Assembly (NCBI GenBank): GCA_965202585.1
Contig: OZ241826.1
Coordinates: 46,004,001 to 46,068,000, forward strand
DNA length: 64,000 nt
Source of the DNA: Thalia democratica
Lineage: Eukaryota
Direction of reading: 5' to 3'
The translations under genes and the position numbers were made by a program. Every line of letters begins with the position of its first letter. Within the stretch, counting starts at the first letter, position 1. Below, piece after piece: positions 24,641 through 35,496 of the stretch. The notes under the pieces are model-generated. The model saw only the letters and a program-made list of their open reading frames with translations. It was not told where the DNA came from and did not search any database.

Positions 24641-27451
24641 GGGTCGGAGCCACTTTTGCACGAGGGGTCACTTTAGCACGAAGGGTCACTTTTACACGAG
24701 TAGTAAGTTTTGCACGAGTCGTCAACTTTGCACGGAGTCAGTTTTGCACGAAGGGTCATTTTACACGAGTTTAAATTTAGTTTCAGGTAATTGGTAAGCG
24801 GTTCTTCCTGTCGGCTTAGAAAGTGGCTGAAAACGACTGGAGTAGTGGTTTTCAATCTTTCTTACCCCTAACCAAACATGGTAACAAGCGTCGCAAATTA
24901 AATATATCACTATCAAAAAATCCCCAACAGTAGGATCTTTAAACCTCAAATGTTAATAAACTTTAAAAATAGTTATAGTAGTTATTTTTTAATTTTAGGC
25001 AAGGTTTTATCATTCTGAAGATATCAAAACTAATTTAGGGTAAAATCTTTTAAGTTTCATCATTTAAACCTTTGATTTATTTTATAGCTGTAGGACACTT
25101 ATGCAAAATCTTATTTTGCCTTGTGTCCAAATTTTGATAACTTAAAGAAATTAATGTTAATCACTTGATATTATATTTTTCCATTAAAAAAAACAACAAA
25201 TAAATATAGTAAAACTAATTCCCAAAAAACTATTTTTCACAAACAAAATAAGTGCTAGTTAAAATGATTTTTGTCTTTGATTTCTTGATTGAACTGGAAA
25301 TAGCTTGTTTATGGGTGTGGCTAAGGGAAAATGAGAGAATCAAATGATAGATCAAGTGATCTACAGTCCAAAGTCCAGGAAAATGAGAGAATCAAATGAG
25401 AGATCGCGTGATTATTGAAAATTCTAGAAAAAGAATCGAAAAACTATAAATACGCCCAATCAGAGCGTGAAGCAGGTCATTTACCTCGAAACAAGCACGA
25501 AGCGACACTCTGCTGCTCGCAAATTTAAGCGTTAGCCGCCATCTTGGAAAAGCTAGATGACACCCGAGAAAACCTTCTTATACAACAACGTCGACGGGGC
25601 GAACAACTCGATTTGAGTTGTTAACGTGCCATAATCATAAGCCTACGCATACTGTAGCAGACAACTTCTTTGGATCAATTTGAACACTGAATTCCACGAT
25701 TGAGTCCACAGCGTTCAAAGAAACAAACTGGAACATTCATCTTATTGAGCAAGCCCACACAGATTGTGGCGTCAACCTTAGCTACACTTCTACAAACAAG
25801 TTGTTTTCGTACTTTTAAATAATTCTGTCGTAATATTTATACATATTTATATTATCGTATCTACTTACTATTGTACTTGTATTGTAATATTTATACATAT
25901 TTATATCATCGTGCCTATTTATATTGTATTTTATCGCCACGCTCCGATTACGGGAAGGAAACGGAAGAAGATCAAGCCACGTACATCAAGATTCTGTAAA
26001 CGAGACGGACCAACGTCGAGTGCCAGAAACTGAGCGACCGGAGACCAGTGACACGTCTCCAGTGACACGTCAAGGAGGGAATCCAGAGCACGTTTTCCTT
26101 CTAATTGTTAACTTTAAGTGTTTAGACTTATTGTGAGCTGTCATTGCGTTTATTTGTACATAATAAAACAACATTACTTAGTTTTATTATATTTAGTTAT
26201 ATAAATTATATAGTTATGTCCTTAAAACCCCTAAAAAAGGCATTAGTCTTGAAAGTGCCACGCACACAAACGTGCACCGAAATGAGTTGTTCCGAGACTA
26301 CTGCTAACCTGGAATCTGATGAGATTGTCGAGCCTGAGACCGAGGCAATTTCGAAGGAAATCAGTGAGGCTCCTAGTCTGGGTAACAATATAGCCACAAA
26401 TTAATACTGTATAGTTACTTGTTTGGATCAATTCAGCCTATAATTTACAACTGTCATTTGTGGACAAAGCATACATAAAACAAAACTTACTTTTGTATGT
26501 TGTAAATAAAACATTAAAGTATTTCTTTAAAGATTTTGTTTCTCACTTTTACTGATTAATAAATATATTACAACACAGAAGTTTAATTTACCTTGAAGAA
26601 CTTATGTACTTAACTTTATAAAACATTTATACAAAACAAAAAAGTTAATAAATAAAAATGACGAATTAAAGATATGATACAAAAGAATATTATTTTATAT
26701 TTAAATATTTTTCTTTTATTTTATAAAATATTTAAGTAAATATAAAAAATTATTAATTAATATAATTCAAGAAGAACTTCAATTTTTGTTACTGTAGAAA
26801 AAGAAAGTAATATTGAAAAATAATATTATAAACTGTTTTAGTTTTACAATCAAGGTGTTGAAATTGTTTTAGTATATTGTAAAATAAAACTTATTTAATT
26901 TAACATTATAATAAGTTTATAACAACAAAAGTAATAAATTTATCCATTGTACAATATGAGAAGAAAAATAGCTATATTTTATTACTTTAGCTTTCCAGTT
27001 ACTATAGTGATAAAACAGCTGTAATTAGTGGATTTAAAATTTTACCATGCCTGCCCCTAACCCTTTTCTTGTTATGTAAGTGGTTCCTTCTGTCGGCTTA
27101 AGGAGTAGCGGTTGACGATTGCAGCGGTGACTTAAACTAGTCAACTGTGCAAAACTGACGTTTCGTGGAAAAATGACAACCATGCAAAATTTAAAACCGT
27201 ATAAAACTGTCTAGTGTCTATCTTGCAAAGTTGACCCTTCGTACAAAAGTGTCTGCTTGTGCAAAAGTGACTTTGTGCAAGCAAAGACGAATCGTGAAAA
27301 CTTATCTACTCGTGCGAAAGTGAATCCACGAAAAGTTAACTGTTCGTACAAAGTGACCTTTCGTAACAAAATGCCGCCGTTCAAAAGTGTCCCTTTGCGC
27401 TAAGGTGACCTTTCGTGTAAAAGTGACTTCGTGCAAAACAGACCTGTCCCC
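24641..27451. mobile_element. Mutator/foldback-like non-autonomous element with 18-bp subrepeat arms and internal cargo
   Basis: GGG...CCC termini; about 7 copies of GTCACTTTTGCACGAAGG on the left and degenerate reverse-complement copies on the right; 9-bp TSD AGTTTAACT/AGTTTAATT (one mismatch). Confidence 0.75.
25326..25546. promoter_or_regulatory. Promoter-like motif cluster inside the MULE cargo
   Basis: 35-bp direct repeat (25326-25360, 25378-25412), TATAAATA at 25445, CCAATCAG at 25456 and YY1-type GCCGCCATCTTG at 25535 in locally CpG-rich DNA. Function not demonstrated. Confidence 0.3.
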
Positions 27452-29131
27452 AGTTTAATTATAAAGCTAAAACTTAGAATCATCTTTTTGTTTGAGTTTT
27501 TTTTAAAGCATATAAGTAATAAAATAATTTTAAATTTACTTTATATAAGTAGTTGGTTAGATAAAGAAATTTGAGGTTATTTTTTTTTAGTATACTTGTT
27601 TTTTTCATAGAAATTAAAATTTAAAAAAAATTTAAACTATGAGATTGATAAAAAATAATTCGCTTGTCCTATGAAAAAATTTACTTTAACAAGTTATTCC
27701 AAGAAAAAACATACAAAACAAGAAGTTCGTAAGTATTCATGCATTAAATAAAAAACCATGTTTAAACAGATTTTAGTAGGTTTCATAAATCTAAAAACTA
27801 CCTTAAGTATTTTAAAACGATTTGTGTTTCAGCAAAACAATTTAATAACTTAGCAAAAGTTTTAATACAACATTCTTAAATTCTTTTTGAATTCTTAACT
27901 ATTCTTAACGGACTTTCAAAAAGTAGTTTAGAATAAAATAATTTGAGCAATAAAACTAATTAAAAAATGTGAAATAATGTATAAATATTTGTGTATCTAT
28001 AAGTTAAAAATTGGCTTCCTTTAAACTTTTATTTATTGTTTTTTAAAAATAACGAGTTTAACTCATTAATTTGTTTTCAAACTCGCCCAATGAACAACAC
28101 ATATGAAGTAAATCCAGTTTTATTGTTTAATAAAGAAGCTTTTGCTTTTACTTGCAAAACTGCATAAAATAACTAACTGTATCTAAGTGGTTTTCTAAGT
28201 TTTAAAATCTGTCTATTAAATTAGTAATTTATTCAATTTGTGTACCCAAGGCAACTAAGTAAACATTTCTAATATTTAGAAAATAGTTTTACTAGATAAG
28301 ATGTTGTTTAGAACTATCAAAAATTTGTGGATCTGATACATGGCTTTGAATACACACTGAGTTGGACTTGCGAGATTAAACCTCTTTGGCCCACAGTCCA
28401 CATTAAACCTTTTTGAGTTTGTTTTGACCACACAACAGAGTTTCTGTGCTTAGTAAATCATATTTTGTGCACACAATTGCAATATGGGATGCCAGTAATT
28501 TAAAAATGTGGTTGTATTTTTTTAGATACTGAACACTTTTCCTAAATGAGACACAACTTAGTTTATGTTCTAATTTGACTATAAATTCTAAATTCTATTT
28601 CATTGTAAAATCAATAGCATTGTTATATATTTTGATGTTTTGGAAAAACAATAAACAGAGGTCTCTACTTATACAAGAAGAATCATAACAATATAATTTT
28701 TTATAAATTTTATAAACTAAACAATGTTTTGCTCAATGAGCTCATCAGGACTTATTCAAATAAAATGAGCTTATTGAGCTGAACACTTTTTAATTAATAA
28801 AATTTAGAGATAAAGAAATTGTAAAAGCAATAACTTAGTTTAGATATTTTTTGAATTCTTGTCTCAGTATTTATTCAACCATAACTGATAAAATAGAGTA
28901 AATACTTTAAATTACTTAGAGTTGGAAAGCTTCTAAAACATTACAAAATTAGTAAAATAATTAATACTACTTCTTAGCATATACTTCAGAAAATTAGGAT
29001 ATTATTTGATGTGATAATGTTATTTTTTGTATATTGTTATAAATACAGGATGTTTTTGTGCCAATAGAACCCATGATAACTCTTGCTAGTTAGATAATTT
29101 TAAAACACTCAGACCAACTCAGGATAGTTAA

Positions 29132-29816
29132 GGCCCAAGGGGGGGATAAGACATGTTTTTTTTCAAGTTGATCTTATTTTAATCAGTTTTTTCTAAGCTT
29201 GAAGATGCTTTTTATTGTTTTAAAAATTCAAATTATTTTTTGAGATATGACTAGTCAAAGACGGGTAGCGTAATAGGTTCCTTATGGAAAGGGAAAACTA
29301 AAACACCAAAAAAAGACTATTTTATTTAAAATCTATGTCCTCCTACATTTTTCAATCAATCTTCTTCAAACTTACACAGTCTAATCTTTATACAATAACA
29401 AAAAATGTTACTTTGGAATTTGAAAAAAAAATGTTAAAATATTCTTTAAAAAAAAAAAAACTTTTTTTTTTAATTTTTCTGATAAAATTTTTATTTTTTT
29501 ACATTATTAAAATTCTAAAGTAACGTTTGTTTCTTTTAATATAAGGAACATTTCCTGAAAATTTGAAGAAGATTGCTTGAAAAATTAAGGAGGAGATAGA
29601 TTTTTAGTGAATTTTTAAATTTCTGAGAAAATTGACCCCAAAAAATTTGCGGTCCATATGTTTGTATTGGAAACTTTTTACAAAAAATAAAATATCTCAA
29701 CAGTTAAATGATATTTTTAAATTCTATAAAAAACAGTCTTGTAATTTGTATTTAAAGCTTTCATATAAAAGCCAAAGTTAATTTTTGTAAAAAAAATGTT
29801 GGACCCCCCTATGGCC
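29132..29816. mobile_element. Kolobok-like MITE copy K1
   Basis: TTAA|GGCCCAAGGGGGGG ... CCCCCTATGGCC|TTAA. TTAA TSD with RR...YY termini fits Kolobok rather than piggyBac. Reverse complement of K3. Confidence 0.8.
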
Positions 29817-29924
29817 TTAAACTTGAACTTTTTTTGTAAAAATCAAAATAATTTTTGTACTTCTGCTAAATTTCAGGCAAGTTTTTAAGACTTTTAATCA
29901 TTTTTTAAATAGTGTTTTTATTAA

Positions 29925-30592
29925 GGGCATAGGGGAGTGTAAAACACTTTTTTCAATTTAGTATTATTTTATAAAGTTTTTACTAAGCTACAAGATTCTT
30001 TCACAGATTTAAAAAATTCAAAATAATTTTTGAGATACAGCCGATCAAATTTTGAAGGCAACTATAGATTCCTTATGGAAGGCGCAAACTTAAACAGCAA
30101 AAATAGACTATCTCACTAAACATCTATCTTCTCTTACGTTTTTTGAGATAACTACCTCAAAATTTTAGGAAGTGTTCCATGATATATTTAGAAAATTCTA
30201 TTGGAAAGAATTTAAAAAAAAAACTAAAATATAAGATTTTTATGTAAAAAAAAACTAAAAAACAGTTTTTTATTATAAAGTTTTTGTTTTTGATTTTTAA
30301 AGTTTTGTTCCAACAGAATTTTCTCAAATACGGCAAGGAACTTTTTCCTAAAAACTTTAAGGAAGTTATCTCAAAAATAGTAGGAGGAGATAGATTTTTA
30401 GTGATTTATAGTTGTTTGCTGTTTTATTTTGCGCCTCCCATAAGGAACCTATTGTTGCCTCTGACTTTGACCAACCATATCTCAAAAATTATTTTGAATT
30501 TTTAAAGTCTGTAAAAATCATCTTGTAGCTTAATAAAAACTTTATAAAATAAAATGGAATTGTGAAAAAAGTGTTTTAACCCCGTTTATGCC
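29925..30592. mobile_element. Kolobok-like, almost fully palindromic MITE (K2)
   Basis: TTAA|GGGCATAGGGGAGTGTAAAACACTTTTTTC ... GAAAAAAGTGTTTTAACCCCGTTTATGCC|TTAA; inverted similarity extends about 250 bp inward. Confidence 0.8.
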
Positions 30593-31872
30593 TTAAAGTC
30601 CTTTTGTAATAAATTTTGTGATTTTAGCAACTTAAGCTTCATTATCAGTATTTTTATAGTTTTTAGTTGATTAACTTCTCATAATTTTCTTATAAACTCA
30701 AACTAGCTTATTGTAACATAGTCTTGTTTTTGATCACTTCGGCCTACTTTATAGCCTCAAAAAGAGTAACAATCCAGTCAAACCATTCCTATTAAAATTT
30801 TAAAGTTTTTTGAGTCAACCAAGTATGATTTGTCATTATAATATTACCTGTCCCTTTATTAATTATAGTTTAATTTATTAAAAAAAAAAAAAAATTAAGC
30901 AATCATTTCAAAACTTTTACTCTATAGTCTTAATGAAAAAATTTACTTTTTGTAGAATTAAATTATTATTATTTTTTAAATCATTGTTTTTTAATAATAA
31001 AAAAATTGTACCTTATATTATAAAGTACGTTTTTTGAAAAATTTTGCAAAATTTCAGTTAAAAAAAAACAAGTAAAAAACAACAATTTGTAACTTTCTAA
31101 AATCTGCCAAAATTTAAGATAAAGGTTGTTTTGACATACCTTTATATTGTTTTTTTATCAAACTAATTATACTTTAAAAGTTAAATTTATTTTTACCATG
31201 TAAAACAAGGTTTTAAAGTGGGCAACATTGCTCCATGGGTTTAGTTTTGGTTATCGCAAAGGAATTAACTAGTAAGGAAGCAAGAAGTGAATGGTTAATT
31301 AATTAAGTGATAGGAAATGTCTAATAAAAGATGATAGTTTTAAAATTTTCTGCCAAGTGGTCAATTATAATAATAAGTTTTATAAACTCTGCTGTAAAAA
31401 GTATCTTATAGTATACTACCCTCTAAACTTTCAAATAAAGAGCAATGTTATTTTTTGTAATAAAAATGTTGATCTATTCTATGGCTTTAACAGAGTTGTC
31501 ACACACTCAGGACACTCAGGATATTTTGAAATTTTTGAAAATATCAAGATTACTCAGTGTAAATTAGGATAACTCTAGATATTTTAGATTAATTTTTAAA
31601 CTCAGGTTGATTCAGAATATTTTGTTTTGTTATAATAACTCGGGATAGTTTTAAGATATCTAAAAATCTCAGGCTAGTTCTTAAGGTTTTGAATGAGATT
31701 TCATTGATTAAGTTTCAGTGTTTTGTTACTTAATAACCATTTTTTTGAAGATCTTTATTTTTTCAAAAGGATTTGAAAAATCTTAGGATGACTCAGGACA
31801 GAGTAATTTGACTTAATTAAATATTTGAACTCTGCTTTAAGCAAAATAAAAATATTATATCTCTAGGATTAA

Positions 31873-32568
31873 GGCCATAGGGGGGGGGGTCCGACTTTTT
31901 TTTTTACAAAAAATAACTTTGGCTTTTATATGAAAGCTTTAAATACAAACTACTAGCCTGTTTTTATAGAATTTAAAAATATCATTTAACTTTTGAGATA
32001 TTTTATTTTTTGTAAAAATTTTCCGATACAAAAGTATGGACCGCAAATTTTTCGGGGTCAATTTTCTCGGAAATTTTAAAACTCACTAAAAATCTATCTC
32101 CTCCTTCATTTTTTGACCTAGAGACTTCAAATTTTCAGGAATTGTTCCTTTTAATATTTTGAAGAATCCTAAAGTTGGAATTTTTGAAATTTTGAAAAAT
32201 AAAAATTTTATTCACAAAAAACTAAAAAAAAGGGTAGTTTTTTGACAATATTTTTTTTTTTACTCAAAATTAATAAAATTCCTACAACAAATCTCTTTAA
32301 AGTTTAATGATACACATTCTGTAAAAATTTGAGAAAGATTACTCAAAAAATGAAGGAGGAGATAGATTTTTAGTGAAATAGTTTTTTTTCGCATTTTTAG
32401 TTTTCGCCTTCCATAAGGAACCTATTGAGCGCCCTTTCTTTGATCGCTTATATCTCAAAAGTTACTTTGAGTTTTTTTAAGCGGTTAAAAGTGTCTGATA
32501 GCTCAGATTAAATTCTACAAAATAAGATCAAGTTGTAAAAAACAAAGTGGACCCCCCCCCCTATGGCC
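31873..32568. mobile_element. Kolobok-like MITE copy K3 (inverted relative to K1)
   Basis: TTAA|GGCCATAGGGGGGG...CCCCCCCTATGGCC|TTAA; its body aligns with the reverse complement of 29132-29816. Confidence 0.85.
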
Positions 32569-32898
32569 TTAATTTCAAATAAAAGATTTACTAGAATGCA
32601 AGTCTATGATTTTATAGTCATAGGGTTTTGTTTAGTAGCTTTTGTTAGTGTGGCTAGTTTACCTAGAAACTTAGATAAAACTTGATTTTAATATTTTAGG
32701 CAAAAAAATCTGGAATTTTAAACAATGTTTATATACAACATTAATTAATCAAAATTTTATTTGTAAAACTCAGTTTCACCCTTTTTGGGACCTTCAGTTA
32801 CAATTTAAATCTTATTCAAATAGAATATTTAAAACTTTTATATGTATAATAGTGAAAGTTTTATCAGTTAAAAAACAAACTCCATACACAAAAAAAAA

Positions 32899-33208
32899 AC
32901 ACATTATACAAGGTTTGTATATATTTATATATTTATTTATCTAATTATATAAAAACTATAATTTAAACAGCTGTTTCACACATTGAAATGTAAAATTTCA
33001 TGTGATTAATAAACTGTAACTTACTGACGATCACATGAAATTTTACATTTCAATGTGTGAAACAGCTGTTTAAATTATAGTTTTTATATAATTAGATAAA
33101 TATTTAGCTCCAACTTAATTTGTCGAGCACTATCAATCAGAACTTTTTATAAAACCTTTAATATATATATATATATATAGATATATATATAAACCTTGTA
33201 TAATGTGT
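32899..33208. repeat. Nested inverted repeat with a perfect 73-bp stem
   Basis: Arms 32934-33006 and 33030-33102 are perfect reverse complements with a 23-nt loop; outer inverted repeat ACACATTATACAAGGTTT at 32899 and 33208. Confidence 0.85.
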
Positions 33209-33810
33209 AATTATATATAAATAAATTTATATATATATAAAGTTTAATTTAAAACACATTTCTTGGGAAGTCAAAAAGTTCTAGCATGCAAGTTTTTAAA
33301 AATCAGCCTAAGGTTTTTACAAGGTGTTTTTGTGACAATTGCCACATGTAAAAAAATATATTGAGCTGAAAACTCAAAGTCTGCAATTTTTAAAAGCACC
33401 CTTATGTATATTAAGCTAATTTTATGTAACATATCTACTTTGCATTTTTATAAGAGTTTTTTATGTTGATCAACCATTTTTAGTTTTATGATTGAAAAAA
33501 ATCTGTTCAAATTAATTTTTGATGCTAAGCTTTCAAAAAATTTTTATTTTATTTTACTCATTTATATAAAAAATGCAAATATGAAATTATTTAAGAGATT
33601 TTTTTTACAATCTATAAATACATATATTATATATTAACAAAACTTCAATTTAACTATCAAAAACTACTAAACAATTAGAAACTGAAAAGATTTTTTAAGA
33701 TACTCATTGGGTTTTAATCTATCATAAAAATGTTTTTCATAAAAAAACTAATAAGTTTCATATAATTTATTTGAAACTGTCTTTTCTGTGTTTTAAGTTT
33801 AGATAATTAA

Positions 33811-34401
33811 AGGCATTGGAGTGTTTACCTGGTTGTTTACTAGTTGATCTTGTTTTTTACAGTTTTATGTTAGCTATTCGAATCCAAGTAACAAAGTTAT
33901 GTAATTTTAATATGTAGGTGTTAAAAATGAGTCAATAGATTCCTTATTAAAAACGCAAAACAAAAGGCAAAAACTAACATGTTGATAAAAATAAGTTTTC
34001 CTCATTTTCTAACCAATAAAAAAAAAACAATTTTGTTACTTAAAAATAAAAAAGACCTATAAAAAACATTTGATAAAAAAAACACTTTTTTGAATTTTGT
34101 TTATTATCTTTTTCTTTCTACATTTTAACTTTTGTTTGTGAATTAAAAAAAAATGAAAACAGGCTTGCTCGCTTAAAAAATAAAAAAATGAAGTTTTAAA
34201 GTTTTTAGAAAATTAACAAGGAAAATATTGCAGTCTATAAGTTTTTATTGGAAACTATATACAATATTAACTAGGTATCGAAAGTTATTTCTAACTAATA
34301 TATTTTATAAAAACCAAACTTATACTTGATACTTTAGACAGTCATTTAAGAAAATAAGACCCAATGTAAATTTTTTTTAGAAAATTCTCACTCCTATGCC
34401 C
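33811..34401. mobile_element. Degenerate K2-family MITE
   Basis: TTAA|AGGCATTGGAGTG ... CACTCCTATGCCC; internal ATAGATTCCTTAT motif shared with K2. Confidence 0.45.
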
Positions 34402-35496
34402 CTAAATAAAAAAAAAGACTGTTTATTATTAACATAAAAATAAAAAACGAAAAAAAAGTAGTTCAACAAATTATGCTCTAATTGATATTCAAAAAGCAAG
34501 TATTTTGAATTCATAAGTTAAAATTTTTTTAAAAGTTTTTTTAACTTATATATTTATATAAATTTTAGTTATATATTCTTCATGTTTTATACAAATTAGG
34601 AATTAAAGTTTTATGTAGGTTATACATTTATAAACTCTTGTTTTATCAAAAGCTTTTTTAATCACTGTTATTTTGAAAAAAGCTGATTTTATAGTTTACA
34701 CTAGTTAGTTGTATATTATTTTATTTTGTTGTTAGTTTAAAGTTTTTTAGCTGCAGTATCAGAACAAGCAATTTTAATTCTTAAAGTTAAATACAAAGAA
34801 AATAATCTGTGTATAAGTACTACATTTAGTATTTAGTTCTGCAAAACTTTTAAAGTACTGAATAATAAATTTTATATGATTTTAAATAAGCATTTGTGAT
34901 CAGCTAAATAAGATTTTTTTTATAAAACCATTTTATTTTTTTTGAGTGTAATTTTTTGCTTTACTGTTATTATATTTTAGTTATTGATTTTATTGTTAGT
35001 AGCTGTATTAAGTTCTTTGAAATGATACAATTACTATAATAAACAGCCAGTGATTTTTATCTGTTTAGTATTTTAAATATAGTTGTAAGCTTGAAGTAAA
35101 CTTATTAAGAACTGATGTCATTTTACTTAAAGCTGACAAACAATCCTACTTACTTTCACACCCTGTAACAATCAAAATAATCAATAATCAAAATATAGTT
35201 TTGTTTCTGTGAAATAAATTTTACTGTAACAAACCTATTTTTAGATGTTCTAAGAGCATAGAAAGTCCCTACTCAATTTATTAGTCTTGTTAATAATAGT
35301 TATTAAAAATACATTTAAAACTACATGTTTGTGATTTAAAATAAAAACATCTAATGAAATACTTGCTTAGTAGTTAATAATTATAATAATTTTTGGGTGT
35401 AAAAATCTACAAAACCAATTTTTAATCATTCACCTTAACGTTTCTGCATTCTAATAAGTTTGTCTTATGCATAATTCAATAACTGTTTTTCAGAAA

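Noticed and set aside
24537-24949. Three overlapping - strand ORFs (TxRAKV repeats)
   Set aside because: They are translations of the 18-bp MULE subrepeats.
28320-28500. GC-richer patch with short - strand frames
   Set aside because: No recognisable protein or RNA motif; probably a repeat remnant.
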